Below are positions 1 through 8,465 of a DNA stretch of 54,755 nt, in pieces. The DNA is from Candidatus Binatia bacterium (lineage in GTDB: Bacteria > Desulfobacterota > Binatia > UTPRO1), in the NCBI GenBank assembly GCA_041485125.1, contig JBGPIT010000001.1:1-54755 (forward strand), given 5' to 3'. Made by a program: the position numbers and the translations under genes. The notes under the pieces were generated by a model. It was not told where the DNA came from. It did no database searches and was given only the letters and a program-made list of their open reading frames with translations. Within the stretch, counting starts at the first letter, position 1, and each line of letters starts with the position of its first letter.

Positions 1-27
1 CCAGGCGATGTTTGTCAAGTTTTGTTA

Positions 28-116
28 GGTGATGACGGCTTTGCCCAGTATCCTCCCCCCTTCGCCGATTTGCTGGGCAGCCGCCCGTGAGGCGCCCCCC
101 TTTTTGGGCAGGACGG
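28..116. repeat. left cluster of TGGGCA-core repeats (possible att-like or transposase-binding repeats)
   Basis: GGTGATGAC-GGCTTTGCCCAGTA (28-50), CCGATTTGCTGGGCAGC (65-81) and TGGGCAGGACG (105-115). Each has a counterpart at 1711-1776. Confidence 0.5.
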
Positions 117-137
117 TCGGCGTTGGTTCTGCTGATC

Positions 138-1163
138 CTAAGTGTACTTGGTCCAGGATGCGGGACCGCCCGCGGCAAATCTGCTCACCCAGATAAGCCC
201 GTCACTCAAGATTGCGCGCTCGCAGGTGAAGCAAAAGCGTGTTTCGTGCAAGTCGCCTTGGACATCGAGGCCCGCGAATACGTCGCGGTAGGAAATGATT
301 CCGCAGAAGACGAGCGCGGCCTCGCCGGCGAGGATCGCGTCGTGTTCCTCGCGCGAGGTAGGGCGTATTTCCTGGGCCGTGAGCGGCGAGCCCTGTGGCA
401 ACGGGGTATTGTCTTCAGTCTCCTCGAATCGATAGGGCGGCTCTGCCGGATACGGCAACCGAACGAAGCGGATCTCGGGTCGCGACGAGTTGATGATCCA
501 TGCGGGCGTCCGGCCGTGGTTGGCCAGCACCCAGTCCACCTGGACGATGACGGGAAACGATCGCGGTTCGTCAGAGCGAGCCGCGTACAGCATCTCGCGC
601 ACGTTCGTCTTCTCGACGCCCATGATCAACCACGGGCGCTCCAATCGACGCGTAGTGGTGCCCGCCTCCAGCGCCAAATCAGTGGACTGCGCCGCTGCGC
701 GGGCAGCGGCCTTGGAGGCTTCGACCTGTTCGAGCGCCGCCCGAGCAGCCGTCTGGGCCGCTTCGGCGCCAACCTGGGCGGCATTCGCCGCGTCTCCCGC
801 GATTTTCACTTGTCGATTGATGGCCCGCAGCGTACGGGCCGTGACGATGACGTAGACAATCGTCGCCAGGGCGATGAGCCAGTCCGTTACGGACGGAACC
901 CGCAGAATTTCGCAAAGGCGCTCCGGCCAGCTGCTCTCGCTGCTCTGATGTTTTTCGGGGGATTCTGGCTCACCTGGCGCAGCGCGAGTCGGTTCGGCGA
1001 TGGCGGTCCCCTGAGGCGGATCGTGGACGGTGCTCTCACCGTCCTCGGTGGCGTGACGATGCTCGTCGGCCACCTGTTCCTGGCCGCTACTCTGGGGCGG
1101 CCATGAAGCGATCGCAATCGCCAGCAGCAGCCCCGCCGCCAGTGTCGATAAACGGTGGCTCAC
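138..1163 (-). CDS. hypothetical protein with N-terminal signal/anchor helix
   Basis: 341-aa ORF. The N-terminus MSHRLSTLAAGLLLAIAIASWPP is signal-peptide-like. A second hydrophobic helix (WLIALATIVYVIVTA) is followed by an Ala/Gln-rich segment. Third-codon positions are clearly more G/C-rich on this frame than in the same-phase plus ORF 87..1106. No family recognised. Confidence 0.5.
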   Translation of the reverse strand: MSHRLSTLAAGLLLAIAIASWPPQSSGQEQVADEHRHATEDGESTVHDPPQGTAIAEPTRAAPGEPESPEKHQSSESSWPERLCEILRVPSVTDWLIALATIVYVIVTARTLRAINRQVKIAGDAANAAQVGAEAAQTAARAALEQVEASKAAARAAAQSTDLALEAGTTTRRLERPWLIMGVEKTNVREMLYAARSDEPRSFPVIVQVDWVLANHGRTPAWIINSSRPEIRFVRLPYPAEPPYRFEETEDNTPLPQGSPLTAQEIRPTSREEHDAILAGEAALVFCGIISYRDVFAGLDVQGDLHETRFCFTCERAILSDGLIWVSRFAAGGPASWTKYT

Positions 1164-1362
1164 TGCGCCGGTGCCACTACCACCGGGCGGAGTGCCGGAT
1201 CAATGCCCAACTCGTAATGGCGTGGATGAGGCAGCGCACGTTGTGGCAGAGCACTTTGAGCAGGACTTCGTTCACCTGCGCCACGGGCGCCTTGCTGCGC
1301 ACGGCGTCGCCGAACACGCGCTTGATCATCGAGAAGGTCGCCTCGACGTTCGAGCGCTTGTG
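1160..1362 (-). pseudogene. C-terminal remnant of a DDE transposase (IS4/IS5-like), frameshifted
   Basis: The reverse-complement of 1207-1362 reads HKRSNVEATFSMIKRVFGDAVRSKAPVAQVNEVLLKVLCHNVRCLIHA. This is the typical C-terminal block of a widespread IS transposase family. The expected continuation (YELGIDP) lies in a different frame (ORF 1160..1405). No N-terminal catalytic part is present. Confidence 0.6.
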
Positions 1363-1415
1363 AGATCAACCCTCGCCCATTCTCGCTGACATGGCTAGGC
1401 GACACGACGGCTCAG

Positions 1416-1709
1416 GTGACGCTTGCTCCCCAGGGAATCGCCAATCTCATTCTAGGGGCGGCGGCGCGAACACCCCAAGAGGGGGAGAACTCGCACGAGT
1501 GGTACACGCTCTCGCTGCCGGAAGTCGGATCGGATCGGCCGTTCGACCACTGGCTATGGCCTAGGGAGGAAGAGTTGCGTGTGAGGATGGACGTGGAGCT
1601 TCACTGCGTCCCGTCAACGCGCGAGGGGCCGACCGTTGCGACCTTCGATCTAGTCGGCACACCGCCGACGGGACGGCTGGAGGTTCGTCCGTGCGTGACG
1701 CGGGTTTAG
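1416..1709 (+). CDS. hypothetical small protein
   Basis: 97-aa ORF with a GTG start and G/C-rich third positions. No recognisable motif. It lies inside the repeat-bracketed islet. Confidence 0.3.
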   Translation: MTLAPQGIANLILGAAARTPQEGENSHEWYTLSLPEVGSDRPFDHWLWPREEELRVRMDVELHCVPSTREGPTVATFDLVGTPPTGRLEVRPCVTRV

Positions 1710-1710
1710 G

Positions 1711-1776
1711 CCGATTTCTTGGGCAACGACAGACTTTCTGGGCAGGACGCGTTTACTGGGCAAAGCCGGTGATGAC
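1711..1776. repeat. right cluster of TGGGCA-core repeats
   Basis: CCGATTTCTTGGGCAAC (1711-1727), TGGGCAGGACG (1739-1749) and TACTGGGCAAAGCC-GGTGATGAC (1754-1776). The first two are direct copies of the left cluster. The 14-mer is an exact inverted copy of 37-50. Confidence 0.5.
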
Positions 1777-1880
1777 GCGGTTGCACGGTCGCGGCCATGC
1801 GGGCTCGCCCGCCTCCCAAACCGCAGCGGCGCGCGCTAAGAACGGGCGGAGGGCGGGACGCCGGCCCGAGGAGGACGACG

Positions 1881-2483
1881 ATGCGCGAGCTGATTCCTGA
1901 CGTGCTCACCTGGAGCCGGCTTTCGGAGCCGCACGGCTACGACTTCAACGGCCATTTGGTACGCCACCCGAAGGGTAACATCTGCATTGATCCGGTCGAT
2001 CCGGGCGAGGAGGGGCTCGAGGCGCTCGCGCGCGAAGGTGTGGCGGTGATCGCGATCACCAACCGCAACCACGTCCGCGCCGCCAACGCCGTCCGTGCGC
2101 GGACGGGCGCGCGGACGCTCATTCACCCCGCCGATCACGCGTACGCGGTCGGGCAGGGCGCCGAGATCGACGGCGAGCTCGAGGACGGCTGCTCGCTCGG
2201 ACCCTTCATGATCGTCGGCGTGCCGGGAAAGTCGCCCGGCGAGGTCGCCTTGCACTGGCCGGAACGGCGCGTGCTCATCGTCGGCGACGCGATCATCGGC
2301 AATCCCGCCGGCTCCCTGAGCCTGCTGCGCGAGAAGGTGATGGACGATCCCGCGCAGCTCCGCGAGAGCGTGCGGAGCCTCCGCGCGCTCGCCTTCGACA
2401 CCCTCCTGGTCGGCGACGGGATGCCGATCGTGACCGGCGCGCGGGAGCGGGTGCGCCAGCTCTGCGATTCGCTGCCGGGCTAA
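1881..2483 (+). CDS. MBL-fold metallo-hydrolase
   Basis: ATG at 1881 is preceded by GAGGAGGA. The product (MRELIPDVLTWSR...ITNRNHVRAA...LIVGDAI) has beta-lactamase-fold layout. The upstream part of ORF 1797..2483 is Arg/Pro-rich and unlikely to be coding. Confidence 0.75.
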   Translation: MRELIPDVLTWSRLSEPHGYDFNGHLVRHPKGNICIDPVDPGEEGLEALAREGVAVIAITNRNHVRAANAVRARTGARTLIHPADHAYAVGQGAEIDGELEDGCSLGPFMIVGVPGKSPGEVALHWPERRVLIVGDAIIGNPAGSLSLLREKVMDDPAQLRESVRSLRALAFDTLLVGDGMPIVTGARERVRQLCDSLPG

Positions 2484-2546
2484 GCGGCGCGCGAAATCGT
2501 CTCGCAGCGCGGTCCGGGAGCGGCTACAGTCGCTCTCGAGACCGCG

Positions 2547-3053
2547 ATGATTCTCACCCACGACGTCATCCTCGAGGAGATCGCCGCCGGCCGCATCGGG
2601 ATCGACCCGTTCGATCCGGCGCAGGTCGGGCCGGCCTCGATCGACCTCCACCTCGGCGACGAGATCCGCGTCATGGAAGGCGGGCCGCCGGTGATCGAGC
2701 TCGACGAGGACGCCGACTTCCGGACGGTCACGACGGTGCGGCCGCTCGACCGCTATGTGCTGAAGCCGGGGGAGACGATCCACGGCATCACCCGGGAGCG
2801 CATCCGGCTGCCGCCGAACATCGGCGGCTGGCTCGAAGGACGTAGTCGATACGCCCGCCTCGGCCTCATGATCCACGTCACCTCGGGGTTCGTCGCGCCG
2901 GGCGTCGACAATCGCCAGGTGCTCGAGATGTCAAACGTCGCCGGACGCCCGCTCGCGATTCGAGCGGGCGTCCGGCTGTGTCAGATCGTCTTGCAGCGCG
3001 CCGAAGGCGAGGCGACCTACGCCGGCCGCTTCGCGAACCAGCTCAAGCTCTGA
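2547..3053 (+). CDS. dcd: dCTP deaminase (dUTPase superfamily)
   Basis: 168 aa. MILTHDVILEEIAAGRIGIDPFDP...GPASIDLHLG matches the conserved Dcd N-terminus, and the length is right. Confidence 0.85.
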   Translation: MILTHDVILEEIAAGRIGIDPFDPAQVGPASIDLHLGDEIRVMEGGPPVIELDEDADFRTVTTVRPLDRYVLKPGETIHGITRERIRLPPNIGGWLEGRSRYARLGLMIHVTSGFVAPGVDNRQVLEMSNVAGRPLAIRAGVRLCQIVLQRAEGEATYAGRFANQLKL

Positions 3054-3105
3054 GCCGTCCCGACGCGACGCGACCCGATCGGGCCGGCGGCACCCCCGCG
3101 CAACG

Positions 3106-3636
3106 TCAGCCTTTCTTGCCAGGGTCGAGCGTCGCCAGCAGGTTCACCAGATCGTCGGCGTGCTCTTCCTCGACGGCGAGAATGCTCTCGAGCATCCGGC
3201 GCGTCGTCACGTCGTCGTCGCCGATGTAGTCGATCATCTCTTTGTAGGAGTCGATCGCGACCCGCTCGGCGACGAGATCCTCGCGGATCATGTCGATCAA
3301 TGACGTGCCCTCGACGTACTCCGAGTGGCTCCGGCTGGTCATGCCGTCGGGGTTGAGGTTCGGCGCGCCGCCGAGCTGGGTGATGCGCTCGGCGATCTGA
3401 TCCGCGTGCTCCTGGAACTCGTCCGCGACCGGCTGGGCATGGATGCCATTCGCCATGAAGTAGTGCCGCTTGTAGCGCAGCACGCACACGATCTCGGTCG
3501 CGAGCGCCTCGTTCAGGATCTTCAGCACCACCTCGCGATTGGCGCGGTAGGTCTCGGTGACCGCGCCTTGCTCGATGTGCTGGCGGGCCCGGCGCCGAAT
3601 CTCTTTCAGATCAGTCACGAATTCGCCTTTCGCCAT
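3106..3636 (-). CDS. ferritin-like protein (bacterioferritin/Dps family)
   Basis: 176 aa. LNEALATEIVCVLRYKRHYF...EFQEHADQIAERI...ILAVEEEHADDL gives the paired E..H di-iron ligand helices of a ferritin fold. It lies downstream of the peroxiredoxin. Confidence 0.75.
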   Translation of the reverse strand: MAKGEFVTDLKEIRRRARQHIEQGAVTETYRANREVVLKILNEALATEIVCVLRYKRHYFMANGIHAQPVADEFQEHADQIAERITQLGGAPNLNPDGMTSRSHSEYVEGTSLIDMIREDLVAERVAIDSYKEMIDYIGDDDVTTRRMLESILAVEEEHADDLVNLLATLDPGKKG

Positions 3637-3662
3637 GTTCGTTCCCCCTTCTCGTTCTGCGC

Positions 3663-4187
3663 TTAAGCTGCTGGACCGAGCGTCTCGCCGCCTGGACGCC
3701 AGTTGGCCGGGCAGAGCTCGCCGGTCTGGAGTGCCTCGAGCGCGCGCAAGGTCTCGTCGGTCGAGCGACCCAGGTTGAGGGCCGACACGACCTCGTACTG
3801 CACCACGCCCTCGGGATCGATGATGAAGGTGCCGCGCAGCGCGACGCCGTTGTCCTCGTCGAGGACGCCGTACTCGCGCGCGATCTGCTTGGTGATGTCG
3901 GAGACGATCGGATAGCGCACCGCTTGGAGATCACGCTCCACCCACGCCTTGTGCGAGTAGACGCTATCGACGCTGATCGCGATGACCTCGGCGTCGAGCC
4001 TGCGGAACTCGTCGGCGTGGCCCGCGAACGCGAGCAGCTCCGTCGGGCAGACGAAGGTGAAATCGAGTGGGTAGAAGACCAGGACGACCCAGTGGCCGCG
4101 GTAGTCCGACAGGCGGACGCTCTTGATGTCGCCGTCGGCGAACGCACTGGCCTCGAAGTCCGGAGCATGGTGACCGATTCTCAGCAT
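3663..4187 (-). CDS. ahpC: typical 2-Cys peroxiredoxin (AhpC/Tsa family)
   Basis: FYPLDFTFVCPTEL peroxidatic Cys motif and C-terminal ELCPANW resolving Cys. 174 aa. Confidence 0.9.
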   Translation of the reverse strand: MLRIGHHAPDFEASAFADGDIKSVRLSDYRGHWVVLVFYPLDFTFVCPTELLAFAGHADEFRRLDAEVIAISVDSVYSHKAWVERDLQAVRYPIVSDITKQIAREYGVLDEDNGVALRGTFIIDPEGVVQYEVVSALNLGRSTDETLRALEALQTGELCPANWRPGGETLGPAA

Positions 4188-4190
4188 TCT

Positions 4191-4670
4191 TCAGTTTCTC
4201 CTTTTCCGTGAGCGGGCCGCGCGCGCGTTGCGCGCGCAGTCGCCGCAGCTGCCGCTGAACTGGACCGAGTAGTCGTCGATCGTGAAGCCCGAGCGCTTGA
4301 CGTCGGGCAGCGGCAATTCCGAAAGCCGGTCGTCCTCGACGTCGACGACCTTCCCGCACTGCATGCAGACCAGATGGTGGTGGCGGTCGGTATTGGGATC
4401 GAACCGCACCTGCGCGCCGGCATGGCTGCTCTTGCGGGCGACGCCGAGTCGCACCAGCGTCTCGAGCACCCGATAGACGGTCGTCCGCGACACGCCCGGG
4501 ATGCGTGTCCTCACGTCCGCGTAGATGTGGTCGGCGGTCGGGTGATCGTGCCGGCCGATCAAGGCCTCGAGGATGGTTCGACGTTGCACCGTCAGCGCCA
4601 GGCCCTGCCGGCGGCAGAGCGCGGTGAAGTCGTCGAGCTTGCGTTCGCGGTCGCGTCGGGCGTCGAGCAC
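4191..4670 (-). CDS. Fur-family transcriptional regulator (PerR-like by context)
   Basis: Winged-helix N-terminus (LTVQRRTILEAL) with HHHLVCMQCGKV and CGDC zinc-ligand pairs. First gene of the regulator-peroxiredoxin-ferritin string. Confidence 0.8.
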   Translation of the reverse strand: MLDARRDRERKLDDFTALCRRQGLALTVQRRTILEALIGRHDHPTADHIYADVRTRIPGVSRTTVYRVLETLVRLGVARKSSHAGAQVRFDPNTDRHHHLVCMQCGKVVDVEDDRLSELPLPDVKRSGFTIDDYSVQFSGSCGDCARNARAARSRKRRN

Positions 4671-4676
4671 GATGGG

Positions 4677-4705
4677 AACCTATTCCAGATGGTAACGATT
4701 GTCAA
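4677..4705 (-). promoter_or_regulatory. candidate sigma-70 promoter and operator for the Fur-like operon
   Basis: On the minus strand, TTGACA (4705-4700) is followed by a 17-nt spacer and TAGGTT (4682-4677). The -10 ends 7 nt before the ATG at 4670, which suggests a leaderless transcript. The imperfect palindrome TAACGATTGTCA overlaps the -35. Confidence 0.3.
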
Positions 4706-4764
4706 ACAACCGAGATCATCCGTCTCCCACGGCCATCTTGCGCGCCGGCGCGCGCTTCGTAACC

Positions 4765-5535
4765 CTACCGCGGCGCCATGCGGAGCGCGCCGTCGAGGCG
4801 GATGGTCTCGCCGTTCAGCATCGGGTTCTGGATGATGTGGGTCGCGAGCGCCGCGAACTCGGACGGCCGGCCCAGGCGCGACGGGAAGGGGATCGCGGCG
4901 CCGAGCGCGGCGCGCTGGTCTTGCGGCAAGAGCGCCAGCATCGGCGTGTCGAAGGTGCCGGGCGCGATCGTGACGACGCGGATCCCGAGCGAGGCCAGAT
5001 CGCGCGCGATCGGCAACGTCATCCCGACCACGCCGCCTTTCGACGCCGAGTACGCCGCCTGGCCGATCTGGCCGTCGTAGGCGGCAATCGAGGCGGTGTT
5101 GATGATCACGCCGCGCTCGCCGTCGTCGTTGGGCGCGTTCTTCGCCATCGCCGCGGCGGCGAGCCGGATCACGTTGAAGGTCCCGATGAGATTGATTTCG
5201 ATCACCTTGCTGAAGAGCTCGAGCGCCATCGGGCCTTCCTTGGTGACCGTGCGACGCGCCACGCCGACGCCGGCGCAGTTCACGGCGACGTTGACGGCAC
5301 CGAGCTTGTCGATGGTCTCCGCCACCGCCTGCGCGACCTCGGTCGGCTGGGTGACGTCGGCGGGCAGGAAGATCGCACGGCCGGCGCCGAGCTCGCTCGC
5401 GAGCGCGCTGCCGTTCGACTGTGGGCGGTCGAAAATCGCCGCGCGCCCACCGCCCGCGACGATCGCGCGTACCGTTGCTTCCCCGAGTCCCGACGCTCCG
5501 CCGGTCACGACTGCGACGACTGATTCGAGCTTCAT
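4765..5535 (-). CDS. short-chain dehydrogenase/reductase, 3-hydroxyacyl-CoA dehydrogenase type-2-like
   Basis: TGGASGLG cofactor motif and YSASKGG catalytic motif. The overall sequence closely resembles HSD10/FadB2-type SDRs. 256 aa. Confidence 0.85.
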   Translation of the reverse strand: MKLESVVAVVTGGASGLGEATVRAIVAGGGRAAIFDRPQSNGSALASELGAGRAIFLPADVTQPTEVAQAVAETIDKLGAVNVAVNCAGVGVARRTVTKEGPMALELFSKVIEINLIGTFNVIRLAAAAMAKNAPNDDGERGVIINTASIAAYDGQIGQAAYSASKGGVVGMTLPIARDLASLGIRVVTIAPGTFDTPMLALLPQDQRAALGAAIPFPSRLGRPSEFAALATHIIQNPMLNGETIRLDGALRMAPR

Positions 5536-5590
5536 CGAAGGCCCCTTTCGGCGCTGGAGTTACGATCTCCATACACCACCGCCGGAGAAT

Positions 5591-6544
5591 TCACAGCGAC
5601 GGCGCCGCGTCGGGCTCGACGTCGAAGACGAGGACGAACTGGCGCTTCAACTCGAAGCGCGCGCGCTCCCGGAATCCCGCCGTGGTCACCTGCTCGCGTA
5701 CGCGCGACTCCGGGATCGCGTGCTGCTCGGGATGCCACTCGGCCGCGGGACGGTCGACGACGACGAGACGTCCGCCGGGACGAAGGGCGCGCCGGAGCCG
5801 CGCGAGCATCGCTGCCGGGTCGGCGAGCTCGTGGTACGCGTCGACGAGCAGGACCGCGTCGGCGCTCGTCGCGTCGAGCCCTGGATCCGCGGCCGAGCCG
5901 CGCTGCACCTGTACGTGAGGATACTCTGGCGCGGGAAAGCGTCGCGCCAACGCCCGCAGCGCATCGGTGTCGATGTCGACCGCGATCACGCGACCGGCAC
6001 GGCCGACCCGCTCGGCAAGGCGCTCGGTGAAATAGCCGCCGCCGGCGCCGAGATCGACGACGGTTGCGCCGTCGGCGACCGCGAGCGCATCCAGGACACG
6101 CGCCGGCTCCTGCCACTCGTCGCGCTCGTACTCGAAGAGACGCGCGAATCCCGCCGGGCGCGCCGCGAGCGCGACGTCGACGGGAAAGCGCGTGCCGCCA
6201 CGCTCGATCACGAGCGGGAGGACCGTCCCGGGCGTGCGTCGCCGGACGGCGCGGATCAGATCGCGCGCGCTCCGCATCGGCTGCACGCCGCTGCGGCGCA
6301 CCAGATCGCCCTCGCGCAAGTCGGCACGCTCGGCGGGGCTCTCCCGCGCGATCGTGCCGAGCCGTGCCGCGGGTCCCGACTCCGGTGGCGCGGTCGAGAC
6401 CACGACGCCGAGCCAGCCCTCCTCGTGCGCTGACGCCAAGTACGCCGCCAGCGTGGCGAGTACGAGGAGCGCCGCGACCGTGCGCGAAGCGGCGCCGGCG
6501 CGATGCGGCGTCCGCCGTTCGGCCGGCGGCGCGGCGTCCGTCAT
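5591..6544 (-). CDS. membrane-anchored PDZ domain fused to a class I SAM-dependent methyltransferase
   Basis: N-terminal TM helix (TVAALLVLATLAAYLASA), a PDZ-like segment (GDLVRRSGVQPMRSARDLIRAV...GTVLPLVIERGG), then methyltransferase motif I VVDLGAGGGYF. Confidence 0.65.
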   Translation of the reverse strand: MTDAAPPAERRTPHRAGAASRTVAALLVLATLAAYLASAHEEGWLGVVVSTAPPESGPAARLGTIARESPAERADLREGDLVRRSGVQPMRSARDLIRAVRRRTPGTVLPLVIERGGTRFPVDVALAARPAGFARLFEYERDEWQEPARVLDALAVADGATVVDLGAGGGYFTERLAERVGRAGRVIAVDIDTDALRALARRFPAPEYPHVQVQRGSAADPGLDATSADAVLLVDAYHELADPAAMLARLRRALRPGGRLVVVDRPAAEWHPEQHAIPESRVREQVTTAGFRERARFELKRQFVLVFDVEPDAAPSL

Positions 6545-6578
6545 CGGAGCAGGGAACCTTCCGCCGACCGCGTGCGGA

Positions 6579-7778
6579 TCAGGCGCGTCCGGTCTTCGCC
6601 TCGAACCAGTCGAGGATCGCGGGGCTCTCGCTGCGCGGGTAGGTGTGCGAGAGCTCCGGCAGCTCGCGGTAGGTGAGATCGGCGCCGGCCTCGACGAGGA
6701 GATCGCGGGTCATCTGCGCGTACGCGACCGGGAAGAGGAAATCCTGGGCGCCGTGCACCAGATAGACCAGCCTCGCCGCCGCGCGCTCGAGATTGCCGTT
6801 CTGGAAATTGACCGGGTGGAACACGCCGCAGCAGGGCGCGAGCGCGCGGAAGGTCTCCGGATGCGCGAGCCCGTAGACGAGCGTGAACGTGGCGCCGTCG
6901 GAGAGCCCGGTCAGGAGCACGCGCTCACGATCGATCGCGTAGCGTGCGCCGATCCAGGCCAGGATCTCGAGCAGGCCGTGCTCTTCGACCGCGCTCCAGG
7001 TCGACCCGACGGCGCTCGGCGCGACCAGGACGTAGCCGCGGCGGCGCGCGTCGCGCAGCCACGACCAGAGGAAGTCGCGCCCGTTGCCCGACCCACCGTG
7101 AAGCGCGACGATCACCGGCCAGGCACGCGTCTCGTCGTACGTCTCCGGCACGTAGAGCGAGAACCCGCCGTGATGCCCACCGGCCGAGACCCGCACGAGC
7201 GGGCTTCGCGCCGGCGTGCTCGACGTCGCACCCGACGTATCGGACGCCGCGGTCGCGGCGCTCGCCGGCGCGGCTTCGGGATGCGACCAGTAGTCGCGGA
7301 ACGCCGACAGCAGGTCGCGGATCACGTAGAAGCGCTCCTGCGCCTGCGCGTGGTGGTGGAGCGACGTCAAGATCCGTGGAATCCGCTCCGGTGGCGGCGC
7401 CGCCGGAAAGCCACCGAAGAGCGTCGCGCAGCTCACGGCGTGCTGGAACGCGGCACCGTAGATCGCGTCGAACGGGGCAAGCACGGCAGGCGCGGGCGCG
7501 GCCGCGAGGGCGGCCGTCGCTTCGGCGAGCGGTGCGCCGAATCGACCCTCGATCTCCGCGGCGAGCGCGGCCGAACGTTCCGGCGCGAGCTGCTCGGCGA
7601 CGCGTTCCATCTCCGCGAGAAGCTCGGCCGCGATCGCGCTCGAAGCGAGCACGGTCCCGAGATAGGCGCGCTCCTCGGGCGAGCGCTCGTCGTCGGCGTC
7701 GGCTACCACGCCGGTGCTCGCATGCGCGCCGGCGCGGATCGCCACGAGCGCTCGCGTCCGGCCACGGCTCTCACGCAA
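6579..7778 (-). CDS. alpha/beta hydrolase (phospholipase/carboxylesterase or PHB-depolymerase-type esterase) with unknown N-terminal domain
   Basis: The C-terminal half has VIVALHGGSGNG, the nucleophile elbow GLSDGA and LVHGAQD. The first ~190 aa are not recognised. Confidence 0.65.
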   Translation of the reverse strand: MRESRGRTRALVAIRAGAHASTGVVADADDERSPEERAYLGTVLASSAIAAELLAEMERVAEQLAPERSAALAAEIEGRFGAPLAEATAALAAAPAPAVLAPFDAIYGAAFQHAVSCATLFGGFPAAPPPERIPRILTSLHHHAQAQERFYVIRDLLSAFRDYWSHPEAAPASAATAASDTSGATSSTPARSPLVRVSAGGHHGGFSLYVPETYDETRAWPVIVALHGGSGNGRDFLWSWLRDARRRGYVLVAPSAVGSTWSAVEEHGLLEILAWIGARYAIDRERVLLTGLSDGATFTLVYGLAHPETFRALAPCCGVFHPVNFQNGNLERAAARLVYLVHGAQDFLFPVAYAQMTRDLLVEAGADLTYRELPELSHTYPRSESPAILDWFEAKTGRA

Positions 7779-7898
7779 CCGGCCGCGGCGCGGAGGAGAA
7801 GAGCAGGTCGCCAGGAGGCACGAGCGGACTGTACTACTCGCGCCGGGTCACCAGTCAATCCGTTGCCTGCTCGCCGCCGATCTTTTAGAGCGACGGGA

Positions 7899-8420
7899 AT
7901 GAAGACCACCTCGGCTCATCTGCTGCTCTTGCTACGACACGCGATCGCCGAAGATCCGCAACGCGACCAGCGCGACGAAGACCGTAAGCTCACCGGCGAA
8001 GGAAAGCGCAAGCTGCGGCAAGTGGTCGCCGGTATGCGCGGGATCGGTCTTCCGGTCGACGCGATCCTGACCAGTCCGCTGCGGCGCGCGCTCGAGACTG
8101 CGGCCATCGTCGCCGAAGGCTACGATCTCGAGGATCACGTCGAGGTCGTGCCCGCGCTCGCGCCCGCCGGCGGCGCCGACGCCGTGTTCGACGTTCTCGG
8201 AGCACATCGCGAGGACAAGGCGATCGTCCTCGTCGGTCATCAGCCCGACCTCGGCGAGCTCGCGTCGACGCTGCTCGTCGGCACCCCGGGCCTGGTGCCG
8301 CTGCCGTTTCGGAAGGCCGGCCTCGCCGGCATCACCGTCGGTGGCTTGCCGCCGCGCGGCGCGGGCATCCTCGAGTTCTTTCTCACCCCGGCGCAGTTGC
8401 GGAAGATGGCGCCCCGCTGA
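7899..8420 (+). CDS. sixA: phosphohistidine phosphatase SixA
   Basis: LLLLLRHAIAE (RHG-type His phosphatase motif), LTSPLRRALETA, VGHQPDL. 173 aa, using the ATG at 7899 inside the long spurious ORF 6192..8420. Confidence 0.8.
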   Translation: MKTTSAHLLLLLRHAIAEDPQRDQRDEDRKLTGEGKRKLRQVVAGMRGIGLPVDAILTSPLRRALETAAIVAEGYDLEDHVEVVPALAPAGGADAVFDVLGAHREDKAIVLVGHQPDLGELASTLLVGTPGLVPLPFRKAGLAGITVGGLPPRGAGILEFFLTPAQLRKMAPR

Positions 8421-8465
8421 TGCGCGCGGGTTGCGGAGAGGAGGGGAGCGGGTTAGACGCCCGGC

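Noticed and set aside
87-1106. 339-aa plus-strand ORF with a lipoprotein-looking start (LILSVLGPGC)
   Set aside because: It shares triplet phase with the minus ORF 138..1163. Its third-codon positions are markedly less G/C-rich than those of the minus frame. Beyond the first ~60 aa it becomes Arg/Gly-rich, as is typical of off-frame reading in GC-rich DNA.
6192-7898. N-terminal 569 codons of ORF 6192..8420
   Set aside because: Only the last 173 codons (from ATG 7899) resemble a protein (SixA). The upstream part is antisense to the PDZ-methyltransferase and esterase genes and is Arg-rich.
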